Assembly: GCA_049513975.1 (NCBI GenBank)
Contig: JBEKVM010000001.1
Span: forward strand, 7,836 to 71,835
Reading direction: 5' to 3'
DNA length: 64,000 nucleotides
Source: Verrucomicrobiota bacterium
Lineage (GTDB): Bacteria > Verrucomicrobiota > Verrucomicrobiia > Limisphaerales > Palsa-1400
In this document: piece by piece, positions 53,617-61,636 of the stretch
How the letters are laid out: each line of letters opens with the position of its first letter
Numbering within the stretch: position 1 is the first letter of the stretch
Translations under genes and position numbers: made by a program
The notes under the pieces: generated by a model
The model's database searches: none
What the model saw: the letters and a program-made list of their open reading frames with translations, nothing else
What the model was told of the DNA's origin: nothing

Positions 53617-53764
53617 GCCGGTTATATAAGCTGGCCTGGCCCCCTGGCGCAATCTTCTTTCATTGCCAACAAATCTTGTCGAAGAAAAAAATTCCTTCGT
53701 GTTCCTCCTTTCCCAGCCTATCCTGTCCAGCGGGAAATCGCATTTATCTGTGCGCCCCTGAATT

Positions 53765-55762
53765 ATGACACCAAAATCATTCGCGGAACTGGGCCTTTCG
53801 GAAGAATTGCTCAAAGCCATCCATAAACTGGGCTTCGAGCAAGCCGCCCCCATCCAGGCTGAAGCCATTCCGCCCCTCCTCGCGGGCAAGGATGTCGTCG
53901 GCCAGTCCCAGACCGGCTCCGGCAAAACCGCCGCCTTCGCCGCCCCGGCCATTGAAAAAGTGGATGTCTCCAAGCGCGACACCCAAATTTTGATTCTTTG
54001 CCCGACGCGCGAGCTGGCCATGCAAGTTTCCGAAGAGGTCCACAAACTGGCCCTCTTCAAACGCGGCCTCCACGCCCTGCCCATTTACGGCGGGCAATCC
54101 TACGACCGCCAGCTTTTCGGCCTGCGCCAGGGCGCGCACATCGTCATCGGCACGCCGGGGCGCGTCATGGACCACATGCGGCGCGGCACGCTCAAGCTCG
54201 CCGCCGTCAAAATGGTCATCCTCGACGAAGTGGATGTGATGCTCAACATGGGTTTCCGCGACGACATCGAACTCATCCTCCAAGCCACCCCCAAAACGCG
54301 CCAGACCGTTTTTTTCTCCGCCACCATCCCGCGTCCCATCCAGCAATTGATCGAAAAATACGCGCGCGACCCGCAACAGGTGCGCATCGAACAAAAAGCC
54401 CTCACCGTCCCGACGGTCGAACAGGTTTATTACGAAGTGGACCGCCGCTACAAAATTGATTTGCTGATGCGGCTGATTGACCTGCACGACCTCAAGCTGG
54501 GCATCATTTTTTGCAACACCAAACGCATGGTGGACGACCTGGTGGATCACCTCAACGCCCAGGGATATTCCGCCGACCGCCTGCACGGCGACATGACCCA
54601 GATGATGCGCGACCGCGTCATGAACAAATTCCGCAAATCCGGCCTGGAGTTCCTCGTGGCCACCGACGTCGCCGCGCGCGGCATTGACGTGGACGACGTG
54701 GAGGTGGTGTTCAATTACGATCTCCCTTACGACGGCGAGGATTACGTCCATCGCATCGGGCGCACCGGACGCAAAGGCCGCAGCGGGCGGGCCATCTCCT
54801 TCGCCTCCGGGCGCGAGGTTTTCGCCATCCGCAACATCGAGCGTTACACCAACGTGCGCATCCAGCGCGGCCAGCCGCCCACGGCGCACGCGGTGGAGGA
54901 GGCGCGGGCCGGTGTTTTTGTTGACAAGCTGCGCGCCACCCTCAAAGGCGGCGAATTCAAGCGCCACGATCAACTCATCGAACGTTTGCTCGAGGAAGGC
55001 TTTGCCTCCACCGACATCATCTCCGCCCTCATCAACCAAATCCAAGGCGGCGATGCCGCGCCCGCCAAACCCGCGCCGCGCCCGATCGAGCCACCGCGTC
55101 CAGACCGCCCGGAGCCTGCGCCCCATCGCGACCGGCCTTTGGACCGCCCCCGCTCTCCTGTAGCGGCGGTCTATGACCGCCGCACGACTGCACCCCAATC
55201 CCACCTTCGCCCCAGTCACCCGGCGGTGCCACATCGTCCGGCCAGCCCGCCTCGTCCTGAGAACTTCCCGTCTCCAACCGCTCCCGTTTCGGTTCCAAAA
55301 CCGGCGTCCAAACCAGCCTCCCCTGCCAATCCTGATCTTAATCCTAATCTTAATCCGCTTCCGAAACCCGCCTCCAAACCGCTTATCCCAGTCCCGAATC
55401 TGCATTCCGCAAGGAGTGCAATCCCGAAGGCTTTCGGGGCAAGTCCGCAATCCGCCGCTGCCGCGCCAACCTCCCAGCCCATCGAACCACGCCCTGCTTT
55501 CAAGCCGAAAACCAAGCGCGTGGCCCAACCCTTTCAGACCCGCCTCTGGATGAATGTCGGCGAAGAAAACGGCGTGGTCCCCATTGACATTGTCAACACT
55601 ATCGCTGGCGAAACCGGCCTGCCCGGCAACATCGTCGGCACGGTGGACATCCGCGGGCGGCATCTCTTTGTGGACGTCGCCGCCGAGCACGCCAACGCCA
55701 TCATCGCCAAGTTGAACCGCACCCAGATCAAAGGCCACAAACTCAAAGTCAAGGCGGCGTGA
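53765..55762 (+). CDS. DEAD-box ATP-dependent RNA helicase with a long low-complexity linker and a DbpA-type C-terminal RNA-binding domain
   Basis: Q motif GFEQAAPIQ, AQTGSGKT-like SQTGSGKT, DEVD, SAT, HRIGRTGR. C-terminal ...VDIRGRHLFVDV... Confidence 0.9.
   Translation: MTPKSFAELGLSEELLKAIHKLGFEQAAPIQAEAIPPLLAGKDVVGQSQTGSGKTAAFAAPAIEKVDVSKRDTQILILCPTRELAMQVSEEVHKLALFKRGLHALPIYGGQSYDRQLFGLRQGAHIVIGTPGRVMDHMRRGTLKLAAVKMVILDEVDVMLNMGFRDDIELILQATPKTRQTVFFSATIPRPIQQLIEKYARDPQQVRIEQKALTVPTVEQVYYEVDRRYKIDLLMRLIDLHDLKLGIIFCNTKRMVDDLVDHLNAQGYSADRLHGDMTQMMRDRVMNKFRKSGLEFLVATDVAARGIDVDDVEVVFNYDLPYDGEDYVHRIGRTGRKGRSGRAISFASGREVFAIRNIERYTNVRIQRGQPPTAHAVEEARAGVFVDKLRATLKGGEFKRHDQLIERLLEEGFASTDIISALINQIQGGDAAPAKPAPRPIEPPRPDRPEPAPHRDRPLDRPRSPVAAVYDRRTTAPQSHLRPSHPAVPHRPASPPRPENFPSPTAPVSVPKPASKPASPANPDLNPNLNPLPKPASKPLIPVPNLHSARSAIPKAFGASPQSAAAAPTSQPIEPRPAFKPKTKRVAQPFQTRLWMNVGEENGVVPIDIVNTIAGETGLPGNIVGTVDIRGRHLFVDVAAEHANAIIAKLNRTQIKGHKLKVKAA
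55158..55183 (+). repeat. REP family A copy embedded in-frame in the helicase CDS
   Basis: ctgtagcggcggtctatgaccgccgc is translated as PVAAVYDRR. Confidence 0.85.
55328..55356 (+). repeat. Hexanucleotide microsatellite embedded in-frame in the helicase CDS
   Basis: aatcctgatcttaatcctaatcttaatcc is translated as NPDLNPNLNP. Confidence 0.85.
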
Positions 55763-55775
55763 TGGATAAAATGCA

Positions 55776-55800
55776 GCGCGGCCTATGACCGCCGCTAGAG
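55776..55800. repeat. REP family A, degenerate copy just after the helicase stop
   Basis: gcgcggcctatgaccgccgctagag. Confidence 0.7.
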
Positions 55801-55857
55801 CAATTTCATGAAAGCTGTAGCTGCACGGAAGCCGACCGAACGGCCTCCTCTCCCCGG

Positions 55858-55882
55858 CCCTCTCCTCCTGAGGAGGAGAGGG
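55858..55882. repeat. REP-like hairpin (family E)
   Basis: ccctctcctcctgaggaggagaggg is a perfect palindrome. Confidence 0.85.
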
Positions 55883-55953
55883 AGGAGCTTCGTTTTGGCC
55901 ACATCATTTTTTAATCCGCTCTATATCGCCCAAGTTCACCCCAAGGTGCCGCC

Positions 55954-56295
55954 ATGAACAGCGAAACCCCGCCCCCGCCAGTCGAGCGTTTGTTTCCCCT
56001 CGTGCTGAGATCCCGCCTTCTGCTCGTCGGTCGCGAGACCATCCGGCGCAGCAAGAGCCAGCTCCATTTCGTGCTCATCACCCGCGACATTTCCGAAAAC
56101 AGCCGCGCAGAAATGCTCAAGACCTTCCTGCACTACCCGGTGGTGCAGCATTACACCGCGGCGGACCTGGAGGAACATTTCGCCCTCAAGGGAACCAAAG
56201 TGATCGGTTTCAAAAAGTCCGCCCTCGCCCAATCCATCTACGCCGAACTCAAGCCCCACCGCATCAACAAACCCTTCGTGAAACCAGCACCGTGA
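55954..56295 (+). CDS. L7Ae/L30e/YlxQ-like small RNA-binding protein (tentative)
   Basis: 113 aa. The LVGRETIRRS...LHFVLITRDISEN...VIGF pattern resembles YlxQ/L7Ae-fold proteins. Confidence 0.5.
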   Translation: MNSETPPPPVERLFPLVLRSRLLLVGRETIRRSKSQLHFVLITRDISENSRAEMLKTFLHYPVVQHYTAADLEEHFALKGTKVIGFKKSALAQSIYAELKPHRINKPFVKPAP

Positions 56296-56300
56296 GAAGT

Positions 56301-57716
56301 CTATCTTCTCAAAACCTCCAAAACCAAAACCCAGTCATCATCCCCGTCCGCATTGTGCCGCGGCGGAATAAAAACATGTCTGCCCGAATTGGCGAAGGGC
56401 GAGCCTGCAATCGCGGAGTAGCGCCCGCAACTCGGATCATACCATTGCGCCGCGGCCGGCCCGCGCAACTGCGTCAGATCCACCGTGATGGGCCGGAACG
56501 TCGGCAGATAGGCCAGCGCCAGACTCCCGTCCGGCGTGCGCCCCGCCGTCACATAATCGCTGGTCATGTTGAAATGATTGCCTTCCGTCGTCGTGCCGTC
56601 GAACGTCCCGTATCCAGCCGTCACCACCTTGTGTGCCTGGTCGGGAACCAGGTCGAACCACGCGCGCGCCTCCAACAACGCCTTCACATAAGCCATCTGG
56701 ATCGCGCCCGGAGTATCCAGGTTGGTCTTCCAACCCGCTTTGAACGGCCAGGTGAATCCGTTCCCATACATCTGCCCCGTCGCCCCGCTTAGGTTCGCCC
56801 AATACTCCTGCCGCCGCAGCGTCGCCGGGGTGCTCTCCCGCTCGAACTCGTAGTCCGACTCAATCAGGCACACGGGCATGAAGTTGGAGCGGTTGTAATC
56901 CTTCAATACCTGCGCGTAAGTGGGATAATAGGTGTAAGAGGCGCACAAGCCGATGATCGGCGCCCAGTTGGGATCGTCCAGCGAACCGCTCACCTCGAAA
57001 TCCAATTCAATCGTGTGCAGATGCCGCGCGTCTTTGTCTTTGATGCCCCGGGCCACCGCCGTCACCGCCGCGTCGTTGGCCGGGTCGCGCCACTTCTGGT
57101 AATCGTTGCCGTGCAACCAAAGAAGATTGTCGAACCCCTGATAACGGCCGCCCACATACCGCCCAAATTCGCGGCATCCGGCCGGGCCGTTTTGCGTCAT
57201 CACCTTCAAAAAATCGCCCGTCTCAATCGGATCCAGCATCACCAGCAGCCCGTGCCTTGCCGCCAACTGGACCATGCGGTCGCACCGGTCGAAATAAGCC
57301 GGGTTGGGCGTCGCCAGATCGTCCGCCGTCGTGAAAGGCACAATCCCGTCATAAGTGCTGCCATCCGGCCGCCCGCCCGTGTACGGTTTGCACAACAGAT
57401 TGATCCAAAGGGTGTTGAACCCGTGCCCCTGCCGATTGGCAAAAAACGCTTCCGCCTGCTCCTCCGAAAGATTGACCAGCAGCGCCTGCGGGGACTCCCC
57501 GGCGATGAGGAAAGGCGCGTTCTTTTGATCCACCAGATAGCGCCCGTTGTCACTGACCTTCAACGGATACGCCGGCATGGCCGCTTGGCCGGGGGCCGCC
57601 TGTTCCGCCCCCCGCGCCGGACCAATCCCCGGCAAAACCGCGAACACGATCGCGACCCGCGCGACACTCTGGATGCCGGCTCGCCTCAGCGGCCGCAACC
57701 ACGGATCAAAAAGCAT
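56301..57716 (-). CDS. Exported glycoside hydrolase-like protein (DUF4038 / GH140-like TIM barrel)
   Basis: Start at MLFDPWLRPLRRAG. FLIAGESPQALL...GFNTLWINLL...LVMLDPIE...WANLSGATG. Confidence 0.6.
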   Translation of the reverse strand: MLFDPWLRPLRRAGIQSVARVAIVFAVLPGIGPARGAEQAAPGQAAMPAYPLKVSDNGRYLVDQKNAPFLIAGESPQALLVNLSEEQAEAFFANRQGHGFNTLWINLLCKPYTGGRPDGSTYDGIVPFTTADDLATPNPAYFDRCDRMVQLAARHGLLVMLDPIETGDFLKVMTQNGPAGCREFGRYVGGRYQGFDNLLWLHGNDYQKWRDPANDAAVTAVARGIKDKDARHLHTIELDFEVSGSLDDPNWAPIIGLCASYTYYPTYAQVLKDYNRSNFMPVCLIESDYEFERESTPATLRRQEYWANLSGATGQMYGNGFTWPFKAGWKTNLDTPGAIQMAYVKALLEARAWFDLVPDQAHKVVTAGYGTFDGTTTEGNHFNMTSDYVTAGRTPDGSLALAYLPTFRPITVDLTQLRGPAAAQWYDPSCGRYSAIAGSPFANSGRHVFIPPRHNADGDDDWVLVLEVLRR

Positions 57717-57814
57717 GTGGCATTGAATGCTTCCGCCTAAGGAGCCGTCAAGAAATAAACTTGACTGGGGCCTTTCACCTGGAACAACGCCGCGAATCAA
57801 TCGCCATTGGGACT

Positions 57815-59413
57815 TTAAGCGGCGGCCCTGGGACTGGCGCGGGCCAGCGGCACGCGCGGGTTGGTCTGAGAAAAATAATTGGCCGACCATTCGTTCGCAA
57901 ACAACACCACCGCGTTTTGGCCCGGGTCATAAGCCAGCTTCGCCCCCGTCGGCAGGGAAATCGCGTCCAGATCGGATTCTGTCATCCCCGCCGGCAGCCA
58001 GCGCGCCACCGTCCACGGGGCCGCTTCCAGCCGCGAGGGCGCCCCGTATTCGTGTTGCAGGCGAAATTGCACGACCTCGAATTGCAGCGGGCCAACCGCC
58101 CCCAACAGCGGCAGCTTGCTCGCGGCCTGGCGCAAAAACAGTCCCTGAACCACCCCTTCCTGCATCAGTTGCGCCAGCCCCTGGCGAAATTGTTTGTAGC
58201 GCGCCGTATTCGGATTGTGCAGATACGCAAACGCCTCGGGCGGGAAGCGCGGAATCTCCTGGTAAAGTATGCCGGGATCCGCCGTCAGCGTGTCGCCGAT
58301 GCCGAAACTGTCGTGGCCCACCAGGCCGATGACATCCCCCGGCCAGGCCTCGTCCACCGTCTCGCGCTCCTGGCCGAAGAGCTTGTGCGAGCTGGACAGC
58401 CGCACCTTTTTTTCCGAGCGGGAATGATGCACCGTCATGTCGCGCTCGAATTTTCCCGAACAGACGCGGACAAAGGCGATCCGATCCCGGTGCCGCGGGT
58501 CCATGTTCGCCTGGATTTTGAAAATGAAGCCGGAGAAAAGCGGACTCTCCGGCGCGATGGCAACGCCCGCCATCACCCGCGGCTTGGGCGGGGGCGAGTG
58601 CCGGAGCAGGGCGTCCAGGAGCAATTGCACGCCAAAATTATTGACAGCGCTGCCGAAAAACACGGGCGTGGTCAAACCCGCCAGGACCGCCTCTTCCTCG
58701 AACTCGCGCCCCGCCCCTTCCAGCATTTCCAATTCTTCCAGCGTGCGGCGGCAGGTCGCCTCGTCCAGTTTCCCCCGCACCGCCGGATCATCCGCCTGCC
58801 CGACCATCACCGGCGCCCGGTATTGGCCGCCCGCCGTGCGCTCGAACAGGTGCATCGCCCGGGTGGGCCGGTCGTAAACGCCGCGGAACTCCAAGCCGTT
58901 GCCGATGGGCCAGTTCACCGGGAATGCCCCGATGCCCAGCACGCGCTCCAGCTCATCGAGCAAGGCCAGCGGGCTTTTCATGGGACGATCGCATTTGTTC
59001 ATGAAGGTAAATATCGGCACCCCGCGCTGGCGGCAGACCTCGAACAATTTGCGCGTCTGCGGTTCGATCCCCTTCGCCGCGTCAATCACCATCACCACCG
59101 AATCCACCGCCGTCAGCACCCGGTAGGTGTCCTCCGAAAAATCCTTGTGGCCGGGCGTGTCCAGCAAATTAAGCCGGCAGCCGTGGTAATCGAATTGCAG
59201 CACCGTCGAGCTGATGGAGATGCCGCGCTGTTTTTCCAGCTCCATCCAATCCGAGGTGGTGGCGCGCTGGTGTTTGCGGGCCGTGACCGAGCCGGCCAGT
59301 TGCACCGCGCCGCCATAAAGCAGCAGCTTCTCCGTCAGCGTCGTCTTGCCCGCATCGGGATGCGAGATAATGGCAAACGTTCTGCGCTTTTGAATTTCGT
59401 GTGTAATACCCAC
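57815..59413 (-). CDS. prfC: Peptide chain release factor 3
   Basis: GTG start. RRTFAIISHPDAGKTTLTEKLLL, DTPGHKDF, NKCDR, full length. Confidence 0.95.
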   Translation of the reverse strand: MGITHEIQKRRTFAIISHPDAGKTTLTEKLLLYGGAVQLAGSVTARKHQRATTSDWMELEKQRGISISSTVLQFDYHGCRLNLLDTPGHKDFSEDTYRVLTAVDSVVMVIDAAKGIEPQTRKLFEVCRQRGVPIFTFMNKCDRPMKSPLALLDELERVLGIGAFPVNWPIGNGLEFRGVYDRPTRAMHLFERTAGGQYRAPVMVGQADDPAVRGKLDEATCRRTLEELEMLEGAGREFEEEAVLAGLTTPVFFGSAVNNFGVQLLLDALLRHSPPPKPRVMAGVAIAPESPLFSGFIFKIQANMDPRHRDRIAFVRVCSGKFERDMTVHHSRSEKKVRLSSSHKLFGQERETVDEAWPGDVIGLVGHDSFGIGDTLTADPGILYQEIPRFPPEAFAYLHNPNTARYKQFRQGLAQLMQEGVVQGLFLRQAASKLPLLGAVGPLQFEVVQFRLQHEYGAPSRLEAAPWTVARWLPAGMTESDLDAISLPTGAKLAYDPGQNAVVLFANEWSANYFSQTNPRVPLARASPRAAA

Positions 59414-59485
59414 AAGGAATCAACAAAATAGCACAGATTTCCGCCGGTACAAGCCCTGAAAACGCGCCCTGAAAACGGCGTCCAG

Positions 59486-59665
59486 TCAGGGTTTTCGAGA
59501 CGCGCTTTTCCCGGCGTCTAAGTCAAGATGAAATTTGTGCAAAAAACGAAGCACGACCGGAGCCATGATGATGCCCATGAAGAGGATTTGATTGGAAGCG
59601 GCATAGTGTGGCTGACGCCTGCCGATCACATCAAATACCACATTGGCATCAACCAGGACAATCAT
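59486..59665 (-). pseudogene. Truncated PIN-domain toxin remnant (59 codons)
   Basis: Manual translation MIVLVDANVVFDVIGRRQPHYAASNQILFMGIIMAPVVLRFLHKFHLDLDAGKSASRKP*. A PIN N-terminus, then loss of similarity. ATGA overlap with the upstream small ORF. Confidence 0.5.
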
Positions 59666-59889
59666 GAGCCGTGTTTGCGTTTAAGATAAGTGCTGCGGGG
59701 GTCACCCGGCCGGGAAAGCGGTTTGAGCGCCGGCCCGGGCCAGTAATCGTCCGCCCCGGCTCCGACAGAGGGAGCCGCCAGCAACTGGGCCTCAATGACG
59801 GCGGAAAGGCTCTTGCCGGATTCCGCGGCAAGTTGTCTGCCCCTGGCGACCGATTCGGCCGAGAGCGATAGATTTTTGCGCAGTTTCAT
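59662..59889 (-). CDS. Putative small antitoxin (RHH-like) paired with the PIN remnant
   Basis: MKLRKNLSLSAESVARGRQLAAESGKSLSAVIEAQLL. Start chosen at the internal ATG of the 128-aa track ORF. Confidence 0.45.
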   Translation of the reverse strand: MKLRKNLSLSAESVARGRQLAAESGKSLSAVIEAQLLAAPSVGAGADDYWPGPALKPLSRPGDPRSTYLKRKHGS

Positions 59890-59962
59890 CCCCGGAATAA
59901 AGAGCGGTGAATGCGCATACGCAAATTCAATGCGCATGAGGCCCGTCCAACCGCCATCGCTT

Positions 59963-60940
59963 CTATTTGTCCAGAAAGAGAAGGTTTTCCGCATTGTGCC
60001 GCGCGCCTTGGACGGCCCCGGCAAGTTGTCGCAGGATCTCGCTCTCATCGGGAGACAGATGGATGTGCGCGGCCTGCGCGTTTTCCTCGAGGTGGCGGCG
60101 GCTTTTCATGCCGGGGATGGGCACGATGTCGCCGCCTTGTTGCAGGAGCCAGGCCAGGGCAATCTGCGTGGGCCGCGCCTTTTTCCGCAAGGCGATCTCC
60201 TCCAGTTTCCCCGTCAAGGCGAGATTCTTTTCGAGATGGCCGGCTTGGAAGCGGGGCAGGGTCCTGCGGTAATCGCCGGGGGCCAGATCGCGCCATCCTC
60301 TCAGCCCGCCGCCCAGCAGCCCGCGGCCCAAGGGACTGAACGCCACAAAGCCAATGTTCAGTTTCCGGCAAACCGGCAGGATGTCCTGTTCCACCCCGCG
60401 AGTGAGCAGTGAATACTCCGATTGCAGGGCGGTGATGGGATGGACGGCGTGGGCGCGTTGCAGGGTTTCAGCCGAGGCTTCGGACAGGCCGAGGTGGCGG
60501 ACTTTGCCTTCCTTCACCAACGCGGCCATGGCCGCCACGGATTCTTCAATGCGCACGCTCTGGTCCACCCGGTGTTGAAAATAAAGGTCAATGTAATCTG
60601 TTTTCAGACGCTGGAGACTGGCATGGCAGGCTTCTTTTATATACGACGCGCCGCCGCAAATCTCCAGCGCCTCTTGCTCGTTGCCCCGGAAACCGAACTT
60701 GGTGGCGATCACGGCTTGTCCGCGACGGCCTTGCAGCGCCTCGCCCAGCAGCATTTCGTTCCGGCCCGCGCCGTAAATATCGGCGGTGTCGAAGAAATTG
60801 ATTCCCAGGGCCAGGCCCTGATGGACGGTGGCGATGGATTCCGCGCGGTCCGCCTTGCCATAAGCGCCTGACATCCCCCAACAGCCCAGGCCCATGGCCG
60901 GCACGGCCAGTCGCAGCGCGCCTAAGAATCTGGTGTCCAT
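59963..60940 (-). CDS. Aldo/keto reductase
   Basis: Start at MDTRFLG. LGCWGMSGAYG, FFDTADIYG, DLYFQHRVD, GLSEAS, PIPGMKSRRHLEEN. Confidence 0.85.
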   Translation of the reverse strand: MDTRFLGALRLAVPAMGLGCWGMSGAYGKADRAESIATVHQGLALGINFFDTADIYGAGRNEMLLGEALQGRRGQAVIATKFGFRGNEQEALEICGGASYIKEACHASLQRLKTDYIDLYFQHRVDQSVRIEESVAAMAALVKEGKVRHLGLSEASAETLQRAHAVHPITALQSEYSLLTRGVEQDILPVCRKLNIGFVAFSPLGRGLLGGGLRGWRDLAPGDYRRTLPRFQAGHLEKNLALTGKLEEIALRKKARPTQIALAWLLQQGGDIVPIPGMKSRRHLEENAQAAHIHLSPDESEILRQLAGAVQGARHNAENLLFLDK

Positions 60941-61209
60941 TCGCAAACACTCATTACCAGCTTTCGCCTGAATTCCATAGCACGAAGAGCAATGCCCCGG
61001 TCCTGGGTGGCTGGACGCCCGCTCCGTGCCCGCCCCGCCTGAGACGACCCGCTCAAAACCTATCCGCTGCCACGAAGAAGTTTGGGCGGGTCCCGCCTTT
61101 TCGGTTCCTCGTAACCGGCCGCCCTGTTCAGGCGTCTGTCCGTTTGACACACATGAAATCCGCCGGTGTCAAGATTAACGAACCCATCCAAATTGGAAGC
61201 TCAAAAATT

Positions 61210-61542
61210 ATGAAAAAACATCTCGCCATTCTTTGCCTCGCCTTCATCGGTTTTCTCAGTCTGGTGACGCTGACCGCCACGCGCGCCGCCGTGGAACCTG
61301 TTCCCGCCTCATTCCAATACGCCACCATCCGTTGGGGCGGGCGCGAGAACATGCATGTGGTCCGGCCGGACGGCAAAGTAGAACTCTACGGCGCGCGGCT
61401 GGCACGGGAAGTAGTGCCGGAAGGGACGGACCAACGCGCCTTTTTCATGAATCTGGTCATGAATTCGCTGGCCAGGGAGGGCTACGAATTCGCCGGCATG
61501 ACCGACGATCAGATCGTGATGAAAAAAGCCGCGCGGCGCTGA
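61210..61542 (+). CDS. Small exported hypothetical protein
   Basis: MKKHLAILCLAFIGFLSLVTLTATRA signal peptide. 110 aa. Confidence 0.5.
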   Translation: MKKHLAILCLAFIGFLSLVTLTATRAAVEPVPASFQYATIRWGGRENMHVVRPDGKVELYGARLAREVVPEGTDQRAFFMNLVMNSLAREGYEFAGMTDDQIVMKKAARR

Positions 61543-61636
61543 ATGGAACCGTTTTTTCTCCTGACGATTTATCAGATTGGCGATAAAATTTTTCAAAATC
61601 GCTTGCTTTGCGGCACCTGCATTTTAATTTCGCAAG

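Noticed and set aside
53777-55738. 653-aa minus-strand ORF opposite the helicase. Similar long antisense ORFs lie at 115-1356, 6814-7944, 16240-18255, 18197-19798, 32226-33872, 43933-45372, 45116-46474, 57761-59431 and 61457-63133.
   Set aside because: Each lies opposite a gene with an unambiguous family signature. Their products are R/G/A/P-rich, as expected for stop-poor antisense frames in 65-70% GC DNA.
61543-61636. Glycine riboswitch upstream of gcvP
   Set aside because: The 94-nt leader is AT-rich and lacks the conserved GGAGAG...CACCGAAGGGGCAA-type cores of the glycine aptamers.
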